Assembly (NCBI GenBank): GCA_040220235.1
Contig: JAVJTO010000030.1
DNA: 64,000 nt
From: Coleofasciculus sp. B1-GNL1-01
GTDB lineage: Bacteria > Cyanobacteriota > Cyanobacteriia > Cyanobacteriales > Coleofasciculaceae
Direction: 5' to 3' (one strand)
In this document: piece by piece, positions 52,977 to 63,296 of the stretch
Numbering within the stretch: position 1 is the stretch's first letter
Layout: each line of letters begins with the position of its first letter
Program-made: the position numbers and the translations under genes
The notes under the pieces: generated by a model
The model's input: only the letters and a program-made list of their open reading frames with translations
Told to the model about the DNA's origin: nothing
The model's database searches: none

Positions 52977-53620
52977 GGGGGTGTCTGTGTACTTCTTGGC
53001 ATTTTTCCCCTCATCCCCTAACCCCTTCTCCCACCCAGGGGAGAAGGGGAACCGGACAGTGCATCAATTTATCCTCTTTTGTCAAGATAAAATAGAACTA
53101 AAAATAATCTTGCTATTCTCTATTATTCATTGATAATACATGACCTAAAGTCACTTTTATTCTCCCCTACTGTGTCTATCTACTTCTTGGCATTTCCCCC
53201 CTCATCCCCTAACCCCTTCTCCCACCGTGGGGAGAAGGGGAACCGGACAGGGCATCAATTTCTTCTTCTTTTGTCAAGATAAAATAGAACTAAAAATAAT
53301 CTTGCTATTCTCTATTATTCATTGATAATACATGACCTAAATCCCCCTGTATTCTCCCCTCTCCCCTGGGTGGGAGAGGGGCTGGGGGAGAGGGGTTAAG
53401 CTTAAGTATACGGATGGAGGACAAAGGATGCAATAGCTTGGGTTTCATGGGGAGAAGGGGAACCGGACAGAGCATCAATTTCTTCTTCTTTTATCAAGAG
53501 AAAAAAGAACTAAAAATAACCTTGCTATTCTCTATTATTCACTGAAAATACATAACCTAAATTCCCCTGTATTCTCCCCTCTCCCCTTGTGGGAGAGGGG
53601 CTGGGGGAGAGGGGTTTTAA
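52950..53620. repeat. Array of CCC(T/C)TCTCCC/GGGAGA(A/G)GGG hairpins with a thrice-repeated ~115-bp spacer
   Basis: ggggaaccggacag..catcaattt..tagaactaaaaataa.cttgctattctctattattca occurs at ~53047, ~53237 and ~53457. Confidence 0.9.
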
Positions 53621-53703
53621 GTTAAATGTCGCTGAGTCAATCTGGGTTCGTAGTAGGCACTTTAGTGCCAGAAGCGCTAAAGCGCTTACTACAAACTCTA
53701 AAG

Positions 53704-55422
53704 TCAGTGGCGTTCGTTTGAAGTTAACCGATTTTCCAGACGCTGAAACCAACGCGATCGCACAATTCCAATCCCCACCCCAATCGGTAACACTAGCAGT
53801 AGTCCAAACACTTCCAGCGCGGCGATTCCCTGACTGGCAACTTGACTAATATCCCCACGGCGCTGATGTAATAAAACGATGAGTAACACCACCAATATTC
53901 CGATTAATCCCGCCTCTTTTCCAGACACTTTACCCAATCCGGTTACAGTTAGCGGACGACGTAACCATTGAACTAGCCAAACCCCGATTTTTTCCACCCC
54001 AGTTAAAAGTATACCCGGTTGGATTAACTCACATCCGATGATGAGGAGAAAGAACCAACTCGGTTGTAACGTGAACGTGTACGCATCTAAAACAGCCACT
54101 TTCATTGCGATGCCATAGTTATAAAAAATAAAAATAATCCATTGCAGTAAAAACTGAGGGAGTTTGAGCGATGATAAGGGATGATGCCACAATTCAATTG
54201 CACCCCGAAGTAACCCCGATAAACAGAAAGCGGCTAACCCTAAACCGACATACAATCCGGTAATTCGTACCGCTTTGCTAATTTTTCCGGGATGACGTAA
54301 ACCATAATTACTCACCAATTGCAGCAGGCTACACAATACGAAAAGATTACTCGTTCCGGCTATCCAGCCTATCAGGAGAATAATCCCCCAAACTCCAGTT
54401 ACACTGTATCGAATTCTTACTTTTGGGGATTTGGACAAACCTCTCTCCATCCCCCCCTGGTTCCCCCCTTTGAAAGGGGGGAATGAAAGGGGGGTATAAA
54501 GGGAGTTAGAGAGAGAAGGCTTTGAATTCTGCCAACGCAGAACTAGCCAAACACCTCCCACAATACTGCCGCTAACTGTACCAATCCCGCCCACAATAAA
54601 CCAGGGAACAATTAAAGGCTTCTCTTGAAGCGGTAGATCAAAAGCCTGTTGTGTCCAACGGATGACTTGACGGATTAATTTTGGGTCGTAGGGTGCAGTA
54701 AAATGATCGGTTGTCTCAGAGATAACTAACTGACGTGCGGTTCCATTCTGAAAATTATTACAGATACCATCAGGACAAACCGTTTGCCACATTTGGCGCA
54801 ACTCTGACGGCGGATTCAGTTGTTCGTATAAGCCAACACCGAGGAAGAGATTGTTGGGAATTGTGGGCGTAGCAAATCCACTGATACTCAGAACAACCGT
54901 GGCTTGTAGTTGAGACTCAAGTTGAGCTAACTTTAATGCAGTGGTTCCCCCCATGGAATGACCCGCAATGCCAATACGTTTAGAATCAAACTGGGAGGAA
55001 TGCGATACGTCCTCGGACACGCTTCGCGATCGCACAAAATCTAAGACCGCTTTAGCATCAGCAACGGTACTGGTTTCTAGGCTATTAATCGATTTATTTT
55101 GCATCCCCAAAGAATAGGATTCTCCATAGCCACCAAAGTCAAAAGCAATGGCTGCAATTCCATGTCTGGCTAATTCTATCGCTAAAGGGGTCATGCTTTC
55201 TTTACTCGCATTCACCCCATGACATAAAATCATCACAGGTTGGGGTTTCGGTGTCGTTTTAGGCGTATAAATGCGAGTGATTAAATTCTGCTTAGCGTTG
55301 ATCGGAATCGCGATGGATTTAGATTCAATACCGAAAGTTAGCTGAAAACCTGTCCATAGCAGGAGTCCCATACAAACCAGGAATAAACTTAATCCTAAAA
55401 TCCGATAGTAACGCTGATTCAT
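53704..55422 (-). CDS. Alpha/beta hydrolase with C-terminal membrane domain
   Basis: LCHG, FDFGGYGES and GHSMGG motifs; multi-TM C-terminus. Confidence 0.88.
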   Translation of the reverse strand: MNQRYYRILGLSLFLVCMGLLLWTGFQLTFGIESKSIAIPINAKQNLITRIYTPKTTPKPQPVMILCHGVNASKESMTPLAIELARHGIAAIAFDFGGYGESYSLGMQNKSINSLETSTVADAKAVLDFVRSRSVSEDVSHSSQFDSKRIGIAGHSMGGTTALKLAQLESQLQATVVLSISGFATPTIPNNLFLGVGLYEQLNPPSELRQMWQTVCPDGICNNFQNGTARQLVISETTDHFTAPYDPKLIRQVIRWTQQAFDLPLQEKPLIVPWFIVGGIGTVSGSIVGGVWLVLRWQNSKPSLSNSLYTPLSFPPFKGGNQGGMERGLSKSPKVRIRYSVTGVWGIILLIGWIAGTSNLFVLCSLLQLVSNYGLRHPGKISKAVRITGLYVGLGLAAFCLSGLLRGAIELWHHPLSSLKLPQFLLQWIIFIFYNYGIAMKVAVLDAYTFTLQPSWFFLLIIGCELIQPGILLTGVEKIGVWLVQWLRRPLTVTGLGKVSGKEAGLIGILVVLLIVLLHQRRGDISQVASQGIAALEVFGLLLVLPIGVGIGIVRSRWFQRLENRLTSNERH

Positions 55423-55433
55423 CCCATTCCATC

Positions 55434-55583
55434 TCAACGACTGACTAACAAACTATCTTCCTGACGCGACGCACGCGATCGCACTCGTTGTCCGCTGTTT
55501 ATATCGGCTGACTGAACCAGGAGTTCAAACCCGAATACCAGCAAGATCAGCAGTAAACCAATATAATAATGATGTTCATTCAT
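55434..55583 (-). CDS. Unannotated 49-aa single-TM protein
   Basis: MNEHHYYIGLLLILLVFGFELLVQSADINSGQRVRSRASRQEDSLLVSR*; AAGGA RBS; ends just before the hydrolase start. Confidence 0.5.
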   Translation of the reverse strand: MNEHHYYIGLLLILLVFGFELLVQSADINSGQRVRSRASRQEDSLLVSR

Positions 55584-55632
55584 TGTCCTTCATCCCGACT
55601 ACCGTCTGATTCATGTAAGCAAGGGATAATCG

Positions 55633-55983
55633 TCACTTGACATCCTGGATATCAATGTCTGGGGAGTGCCAGTTAAATCCTGTAGTAGAATTGGCGTCAC
55701 CTAGAGATGTACTCACCCGCAGAAATCTGGGTAACGCGATCGCGCCACTTATCCCCAATACCGCCAAGAGAATCACCACACCCACAATTCCGACGAATCG
55801 CTGCGGCGATTTCGATGTCGCGGGAATAAACTCAAAGAAAGGAAGCGATTCCGGATTAGTCAGTGATACATCTTGCAGATTTCCATCCAGTTGCTTTTCA
55901 TCTAGAGCGTATGTACTATTGAACACCTGGAGACGCGATAAGCGGGTTGGGGATTCAGTAGTATAGTTTTGATAATGCATCAT
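55633..55983 (-). CDS. Hypothetical single-TM protein with pilin-like helix
   Basis: AAGGAG RBS; VVILLAVLGISGAIALPRFL segment. Confidence 0.6.
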   Translation of the reverse strand: MMHYQNYTTESPTRLSRLQVFNSTYALDEKQLDGNLQDVSLTNPESLPFFEFIPATSKSPQRFVGIVGVVILLAVLGISGAIALPRFLRVSTSLGDANSTTGFNWHSPDIDIQDVK

Positions 55984-56449
55984 TATTCTCCTTCTCTCAG
56001 ATGAACCGTTTCGCGATCGCGTTCCGGGAATCAATAGCCGAATACATCCTGTCTATGTTTTTGTTGTAATCGGAGAATAGAGAGAGTAGTGGCTTTGTGT
56101 AGGGACATTCACAGATGTGCATTAGAATCTAGAGGATAATCGATTTGACTCAACATCCTCATTCAAACGGGTGGTTATCGGAGTTTATGACTGAAAACTT
56201 TGAGAACTCATCGGCTTCTCATCGAGATGCAGATATAGCGCTACGCGCCAGGGAATAGGGAATAGGCAATAGGCAATAGGCAACACCTCGGCTTACTTCG
56301 GCTTCGCTCAGTAACACGCTCGGTAACACGCTCGGTAACACGCTCGGTGTGGAATAGGTAATAGGTAAGGTAGAGTTTTGAGTTAACTTCCCCAGCTTCC
56401 CCAGCTTCCCCAGCTTTTCCTATCTACTATGTTTGAGCGCAACTCGGTA

Positions 56450-56674
56450 TTACTTACTTTCAGAGGGTACGGATTGAATCGGCGTCTCTGAACTCACTAG
56501 ATTTTGAAACGTAGCGATAATTAAAGGTAAACCAATAGCCAGCGCCAGAATCAGCGCAATCCACTTAAACCAAATCGTCTTCGGGCGTCCTTTCGCCGGA
56601 TAGCCGCAAATCATGCAAATTTCATCATTCGTGCTAGTTAGGGAACCACACACCTTACAGGGTTCTAACGCCAT
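56450..56674 (-). CDS. Small zinc-ribbon membrane protein
   Basis: CKVC...CMIC followed by a TM helix. Confidence 0.75.
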   Translation of the reverse strand: MALEPCKVCGSLTSTNDEICMICGYPAKGRPKTIWFKWIALILALAIGLPLIIATFQNLVSSETPIQSVPSESK

Positions 56675-56993
56675 TGTTTTCCGGGAGGTCAAGCTATACT
56701 CATCATCCTCATCCTAAACCAGCACAGCCAATTGCAAATCAGCCCTGACTAACAAACCGTCTGATCAGCAAGCTGACTCCGGTTTGACACAAACCCCTTA
56801 ACCCGCACGTCTCTCAAATTAAGTTGAGAAGGTGATTTGAAGGTGAAAAGTATGTCATTTTCAGGAACCGTGAGTAGCTAGATTTCATCCTAATGAAGGA
56901 TGATTTTGGCTACAAGTTGAGCCTACCCTGGGAAACATTCACCATTATCTCAAGTCAATACTCCAATTATTGTTTCGATAGATAGATTACATT

Positions 56994-59096
56994 ATGGCTC
57001 AAACTCTTTACGTTAATCCCGCTACCGGAAACGATAGCGCGACGGGTGACCAATCTGCTCCCTTTAAAACCTTGTCCAAAGCCCTGCAACAAGCCCAAGC
57101 TGATACAACTATCCAACTGGCGGCGGGAACCTATAATGCGACGAGTGGCGAGATTTTCCCACTGCAAGTCCCATCTGGGGTCAAACTGGTAGGCAATGAA
57201 CAGAATAAAGGCGATGGTATTGTAATTGAAGGGAATGGCGAGTATATTAGCCCCACACTGGCTCAACAAAATATAACCCTTTTACTGGAAGATACAACTG
57301 AAGTGCGCGGTGTCACGGTGACAAATAAAGCCACACGCGGCACAGGGATTTGGATTGAATCGACTGATCCGACTATAACAAACTGTACCTTTACTCAATG
57401 CGATCGCGAAGGGGTTTTAGCGACCGGAACCGCTAAACCTAACGTTGTTGATAATGACTTTATTGATAACGGTGGAAATGGCATCTCCTTTACCAAAGAG
57501 GCTCAAGGAGAAATTAAAGATAATACCTGTAAAGGAGCAGGTTACGGTATTAGTATTGATGGCGAGGCGACGCCGCGAGTTGTCGATAATCTTATTTCTG
57601 AAAACCGCTTCGGAGTTGGGGTTTCTGAAGATTCTAAACCCATCCTGCGAAATAACACCATTGAGGATAATGAAGAATACGGTATTGCTGTGACAGGCAA
57701 TGGTGAGCCGGATTTAGGTAAAAGTCAAGATGATCCGGGTAATAATATTTTTCGCAACAACGGCAAGTTTGCGATTCTCAACTCTAGTGATAATACCCTG
57801 GTGTCTTGGGGAAATCAGTTGACGAGTAGTCAAGTGAGTGGATCAGTTCAAATTGAAGGCAGTATCAGCGATGGGGGCGATGATGATGATGGAGATGATG
57901 ATGATGGAGGTCAACCACCGGATAGCTTCGCCGATATTCAAAACCACTGGGCAAAACCCTTTATTCAAGGATTACTCGACAAAGGATTAATTAGTGGCTT
58001 TTCAGATGGCACATTTAAGCCCGACGACAAAATGACCCGCGCTCAATATGCGGCGTTATTAGTCAAAGCCTTTAATCCCTCGGCTAAACGGGATGGGATA
58101 AATTTCACCGATGTTGCTGATGATTTCTGGGCAAAGACTGTGATTCAACAGGCTTATCGCGGTGAATTCCTATCGGGTTTTCCTGACAATAGCTTTAAAC
58201 CCAATGATAATGTGCAACGGGCGCAAGTGATTGTGTCTTTAGTGAATGGATTGGGGTTATCAGCAAGTGATGGGACGGTGTTGAGTACCTATAGCGATCG
58301 CGACGCTATTCCGGATTATGCCAAAGATGAAGTCAACACGGCGACGAAGAAAGAAATTGTGGTGAGTTATCCGGATACGAAACAACTTGACCCGACAAAA
58401 GATGCTACCCGGGCTGAGGTGGCGGCGATGGTGTATCAGGCGCTGGTTGATGCGAATCAGGTGAGTGAAATTAACTCAGACTATATTGTTAGCGCTACTC
58501 CCGATGATAACCAACCTAAAACCTTCCCTGATATTCAAAACCACTGGGCAAAACCCTTTATTGAAGGATTACTTGACAAAGGATTAATTAGCGGGTTTGG
58601 TGATGGTACATTTAAACCCAATGAAAAAATGACCCGCGCCCAATATGCAGCGTTATTGGTTAAAGCCTTTGACCCTGCACCGAAACGGGAAGCCAAGAAC
58701 TTTCTGGATGTTAGTGACAAGTCTTGGGCAAAGGATGTGATTCAAAAAGCTTATCGCGGCGGATTTTTATCCGGTTATCCCGGTGATATGTTCCGCCAAG
58801 GAGATAATGTCGAACGGGTTCAGGTTCTGGTGTCTTTGGTGAATGGATTAGAATTATCAGAATCCGATACGAATGCCTTAGATTTTTACGAGGATAGTGA
58901 TGATATTCCGGAGTATGGCAAGGAGGAAGTCGCCACAGCCACGAAAAAACAAATTGTGGTGAATCACCCTGATGTCAAAAAACTCGATCCAACCAAAGCG
59001 GCTACCCGTGGTGAGGTGGCGGCTATGGTTTATCAGGCATTAGTGGATGCAAATAAAGTGAGTGCGATTAACTCGGATTACATTGTGTCCGCTTAA
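56994..59096 (+). CDS. DUF1565 beta-helix + six SLH repeats protein
   Basis: LYVNPATGND...PFKT head, parallel beta-helix, acidic linker and a duplicated SLH module. Confidence 0.92.
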   Translation: MAQTLYVNPATGNDSATGDQSAPFKTLSKALQQAQADTTIQLAAGTYNATSGEIFPLQVPSGVKLVGNEQNKGDGIVIEGNGEYISPTLAQQNITLLLEDTTEVRGVTVTNKATRGTGIWIESTDPTITNCTFTQCDREGVLATGTAKPNVVDNDFIDNGGNGISFTKEAQGEIKDNTCKGAGYGISIDGEATPRVVDNLISENRFGVGVSEDSKPILRNNTIEDNEEYGIAVTGNGEPDLGKSQDDPGNNIFRNNGKFAILNSSDNTLVSWGNQLTSSQVSGSVQIEGSISDGGDDDDGDDDDGGQPPDSFADIQNHWAKPFIQGLLDKGLISGFSDGTFKPDDKMTRAQYAALLVKAFNPSAKRDGINFTDVADDFWAKTVIQQAYRGEFLSGFPDNSFKPNDNVQRAQVIVSLVNGLGLSASDGTVLSTYSDRDAIPDYAKDEVNTATKKEIVVSYPDTKQLDPTKDATRAEVAAMVYQALVDANQVSEINSDYIVSATPDDNQPKTFPDIQNHWAKPFIEGLLDKGLISGFGDGTFKPNEKMTRAQYAALLVKAFDPAPKREAKNFLDVSDKSWAKDVIQKAYRGGFLSGYPGDMFRQGDNVERVQVLVSLVNGLELSESDTNALDFYEDSDDIPEYGKEEVATATKKQIVVNHPDVKKLDPTKAATRGEVAAMVYQALVDANKVSAINSDYIVSA

Positions 59097-59279
59097 AGGG
59101 GGAACGTATTAACCCATCATTTATGTAGAGACGTTGCATGCAACGTCTCTACAATGGTGTCGAACGTCCTAATCGATGTGTCTATTGCTATATTTTCGCC
59201 CAGAACACCCACTATTCAAGTTCTCATCTGGATTGGTGTAAGCTAGATTAACACCGTACTGACTCAAGGTAAGACTGGG

Positions 59280-59576
59280 GTGATGAAAACTCTAGAGGAA
59301 ATTAAGCAATGGCTTGGGCAAAATAAGTCAGTGTTGCAGGAACGTTATCAGGTTAGGGAAATCGGTATTTTTGGTTCCTACGTGAGAAAAGAACAGACTG
59401 AAACGAGCGATGTTGATGTGCTGGTGGAGTTTTCCCAGACACCCAGTTTGTTAAAGTTCATCAATTTGGAGAATTATCTTACTGACAACCTAGGAGTTAA
59501 GGTTGATCTGGTGCATAAGGGAGGCTTGAAGCCTCGAATTGGAGAGCGGGTTTTGGCGGAGGTTGTTTACCTGTGA
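59280..59576 (+). CDS. Minimal nucleotidyltransferase (MntA-like antitoxin)
   Basis: GIFGSY...SDVDVLV and KVDLV motifs. Confidence 0.93.
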   Translation: MMKTLEEIKQWLGQNKSVLQERYQVREIGIFGSYVRKEQTETSDVDVLVEFSQTPSLLKFINLENYLTDNLGVKVDLVHKGGLKPRIGERVLAEVVYL

Positions 59577-60003
59577 CCAAACGGCAAGTGGAGGACTATT
59601 TACAGGATATTTTGGATGCTGTTGCTGCTATTGAACAGTTTCCCGCAGGTATTGAGTTTGAAGCTTTCTCACAAAATTTGGAGAAGGTGTTTGCGGTTTC
59701 AAGAGCGATGGAAATTATTGGTGAAGCGGTGAAGCGAGTACCTGATTCAGTGAGAAATCAATATCCTGATATTCCTTGGAGAGATATTGCTGGAATGCGG
59801 GATAAACTGTCATGCATTTAAATTGGGTATTAGTAGCGAGCAAGATGCTCGCACTACAAGGATTTCACCATTATTGACATTAAGGTTTAAATGCCGAACA
59901 GCTTAAACTGATTCATGATTATTTTAATACAGATGTGGAAATAATTTGGCAAGCGGTTCAGATAGACGCTACAGCCTTAATATTGGTGGGTTACGGCGGA
60001 TAA
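59573..60003 (+). pseudogene. DUF86/HepT HEPN RNase toxin interrupted by a MITE
   Basis: EIIGEA and IPWRDIAGMRD motifs. Removing 59805-59905 restores RDKLIHDYFNTDVEIIWQAV. Confidence 0.9.
59803..59905 (+). mobile_element. 99-bp AGCTGT MITE with TA duplication
   Basis: Identical to 63304-63406 except at one base. Confidence 0.92.
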
Positions 60004-60201
60004 TTCATTAAATAGTTATTGTCCTGGTGGAAACACCGCCTAACCCACCCTACATAGAATAAATTTTTTGAGCCGTGATTGCTTAAAATTAAGAGAGTTT
60101 CCCGTTAAAACCCTTGATTCGCATTGACTGGGAGTCGGTGAGACAAGCTACCCTGGAAGGAAGAGATACTTGTAGTTGTTCTGTTAACGTTTGACACATT
60201 T

Positions 60202-62784
60202 ATGCCACAGTCCTATTTTGATTCGGATCAAAACGGTCACAAGTCCTTTGAATTACCCGGTGCTAGACCCCACTACAACCCCGATCGCCCGGGACAAGTG
60301 AATCATATTTTCCTGGATTTGGTCTTGGATATCCCCAAGCAGCGCTTAGAGGGGACTTGCACTATTACCCTAACCCCAGTGCGTGATGATATCCATCAGT
60401 TTGTCCTGGATGCGGTGAACCTGACGATTGAATCGGTGCAGATTAACGGTGAATCCCAACCCTTTGATTGTGACGGGGAACAACTACAGATCCAGCTTCG
60501 CAACCCGACTGAAGCGGGGAAAGAGGTAAAAATCGCGATCGCGTACCAGGTTGAACAGCCGCAACGGGGTATCTATTTTATTACTCCCACCCAGGATTAC
60601 CCCAACAAACCCACCCAAGTGTGGACACAGGGAGAAGATGAAGATTCCCGCTTCTGGTTCCCCTGCTTCGATTATCCGGGTCAATTAGCGAGTTCGGAAC
60701 TGCGGGTTACGGTTGCGAAACCGTTGATGGCGATATCGAATGGGGAACTAATCGGTACTCAAGAAGAGGGCGATCGCACAACTTATCATTGGTTACAAAA
60801 CCACGTTCATCCTACCTATTTAATGACTTTAGCAGTAGGTGACTTTGCCGAAATTCGCGATGAATGGCAAGGAAAACCTGTTACCTATTATGTGGAAAAA
60901 GGGCGGGAAGAGGATGCGCGGCGCAGTATGGGTAAGACGCCCAAGATGATGGAATTCTATAGTCATATCTTTGGCTATCCTTATCCTTATCCTAAATACG
61001 CCCAAGTTTGTGTCGATGACTTTATCTTTGGGGGGATGGAAAACACCTCCACCACCCTCCTCACCGATCGCTGCTTATTGGATGAACGGGCGGCGCTGGA
61101 TGGGATGCGTACTGAAAGCTTAGTCGCCCACGAATTAGCACACCAATGGTTTGGTGATTTGGTAGTAATCAAGCATTGGTCTCATGCTTGGATTAAGGAA
61201 GGAATGGCATCCTATACGGAAGTCTTGTGGACGGAACAAGAGTATGGTAAGGACGATGCGGCATATTACCTACTCAATGAAGCCCGCAGTTACATCAGCG
61301 AAGACACCTCCCGCTATCGTCGCCCGATTGTTACTCATATTTACCGAGAAGCGATTGAATTGTATGACCGCCACCTTTATGAAAAAGGGGCTTGTGTTTA
61401 TCATATAATCCGGGCGGAATTGGGGGATGAGTTATTCTGGAAGACGATTCAAACCTTTGTCCAAGATAATGCCCATAATACTGTAGAAACCGTTGACCTA
61501 TTACGGGCAATTGAAAAAGCCACGGGTCGAAATCTCCTATTTCTGTTTGATCAATATGTCTTCCGAGGCGGTCATCCCGACTATAAAGTTAGCTACACCT
61601 GGGATGGGGATAGCCAGTTAGCTAAAGTTACGGTTGTGCAAACTCAAGTAAAAGAGAGTCAAAATGGTAGCAAGAATGAGCGATTTGACCTGAAAATTCC
61701 CATCGCCTTTGGCTACACTGATGCGGATTCGCCACTGAAAACGTTTAAGGTTCGCATCCATGAACGGGAACAGAGTTTCTATTTCCCCTTGGAGAAAAAG
61801 CCCCAGTTTATTAGTTTTGATGCGGGGAATAATTACTTAAAAACGGTGACGCTGGAGTATCCGTTAGCCGAACTGAAAGCCCAGCTTAAATTTGACCCTG
61901 ACCCCGTTTCCCGGATTTACGCCGCCCAAGCGTTAGTGAAGAAGGGGGGATTAGAAGTCGTTCAAGCGTTAGCAGAAGCCTTGACGGATGATCCCTTCTG
62001 GGGTGTGCGCGTCGAAGTGGCGAAACAATTAGCAAAAGTCAAACTGGATCAAGCCTCTGTTGCTTTAGTTGCTGGCTTGCAGGATAAAGATGCACGGGTG
62101 CGGCGATCGGTGGTTGAAGCCTTGAGTAAGGTGAAAACGGTTGAAAGTTATCAAGCCTTAAAGCATTTGTTAGAAGGGGGAGATGCTAGCTATTACGTAG
62201 AAGCATCGGCGGCGAAAGTGCTGGGTAAACTGGCGTCTGGGAGTATGAAAGATAAAGCAGACGAAGTGCTGCACCTGTTGACAACGATTCTCAATGAACG
62301 CGCAGGTTGGAATGAAGTCGTGCGTTCCGGTGCGATCGCGGGATTGAGTCAGATGAAGTCTTCACCCCAAGCGTTAGATGTAATTATGGAGTACACTAAG
62401 CTAGGTGTTTCTCAACCTTTACGACTGGCGTCAATTCGGGCATTAGGCACCATTTCCACAGGTCAAACCCCGAATAAGCTAGAGGAAATATTAGAGGCGT
62501 TAGAGGAGTTATCCGGGGAATCGTTCTTCCTGACTCAAGTGGCGGTAGTTTCCGCCTTAGCCCAAATGGAGACTGTTAAGGCGATTGGGGTTTTGCGATC
62601 GCTATGTGATCAAACACCGGATGGGCGTGTGCGTCGTCGGGCGGAAGAAGCGATTCAAAAGGTACAGAAACAGGTGGGTTCAGACAAAGCGATTAAACAG
62701 CTTCGCGAAGAACTGGATCAGATTAAGCAAGAGAATCAGGAACTCAAAAGCCGCCTAGAAAACCTAGAAGCGAAGTCGTCTTGA
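60202..62784 (+). CDS. pepN: M1 family aminopeptidase with HEAT repeats
   Basis: GGMEN, HELAH-x18-E, YEKGA, HEAT repeats and a coiled-coil tail. Confidence 0.92.
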   Translation: MPQSYFDSDQNGHKSFELPGARPHYNPDRPGQVNHIFLDLVLDIPKQRLEGTCTITLTPVRDDIHQFVLDAVNLTIESVQINGESQPFDCDGEQLQIQLRNPTEAGKEVKIAIAYQVEQPQRGIYFITPTQDYPNKPTQVWTQGEDEDSRFWFPCFDYPGQLASSELRVTVAKPLMAISNGELIGTQEEGDRTTYHWLQNHVHPTYLMTLAVGDFAEIRDEWQGKPVTYYVEKGREEDARRSMGKTPKMMEFYSHIFGYPYPYPKYAQVCVDDFIFGGMENTSTTLLTDRCLLDERAALDGMRTESLVAHELAHQWFGDLVVIKHWSHAWIKEGMASYTEVLWTEQEYGKDDAAYYLLNEARSYISEDTSRYRRPIVTHIYREAIELYDRHLYEKGACVYHIIRAELGDELFWKTIQTFVQDNAHNTVETVDLLRAIEKATGRNLLFLFDQYVFRGGHPDYKVSYTWDGDSQLAKVTVVQTQVKESQNGSKNERFDLKIPIAFGYTDADSPLKTFKVRIHEREQSFYFPLEKKPQFISFDAGNNYLKTVTLEYPLAELKAQLKFDPDPVSRIYAAQALVKKGGLEVVQALAEALTDDPFWGVRVEVAKQLAKVKLDQASVALVAGLQDKDARVRRSVVEALSKVKTVESYQALKHLLEGGDASYYVEASAAKVLGKLASGSMKDKADEVLHLLTTILNERAGWNEVVRSGAIAGLSQMKSSPQALDVIMEYTKLGVSQPLRLASIRALGTISTGQTPNKLEEILEALEELSGESFFLTQVAVVSALAQMETVKAIGVLRSLCDQTPDGRVRRRAEEAIQKVQKQVGSDKAIKQLREELDQIKQENQELKSRLENLEAKSS

Positions 62785-63296
62785 TTTGTCATTGGTTAAC
62801 GGTAGGGGCGCACCGACGTGCATTGGTGTCAACTTAAGCTCAACCCCTCACCCCCAGCCCCTCTCCCACGCCGGATACTGCTGGCGAATCAGGGGTCAGA
62901 CCCCTCACCCCCATCACTGTGCTGCTCTATTCCTTCACGTCCATTCAGGGTTCACGTTGAGAGGAACCCATCAGCTTGCGCCCTCTAGGGGGTAATCTAT
63001 GCGTTATCCGCATCTTGCTTGAACTACCTGAAAGCCTTGTTTCACAATGTTTTCAAAGCCAATCAATCCTACTATACTTGACAAATTACCACAACCGTTT
63101 CTTGATAAAATCTCAACTTTATTGAGAATTGCTGATGTAGGAATGGGGGGGAGAGGGCGAGAGCGATCGCTCTCGAAGTGTGTTAAGAAAGATGTGGGTA
63201 ATGCATAGAGGGGGTAATGGGGGGTCAGACCCCAAAGGGGGCGAAGCGCAATAAATAAGATAATACAAAAAGTTGAAGAGTTGATAGTCGGCGGCG

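Noticed and set aside
52985..53620. Possible CRISPR array
   Set aside because: The 'spacers' are near-identical ~115-bp copies, the repeats are inverted hairpins, and there are no cas genes.
57920..59096. Internal ~600-bp duplication as a mobile repeat
   Set aside because: It is an ordinary duplication of a three-SLH module within one gene.
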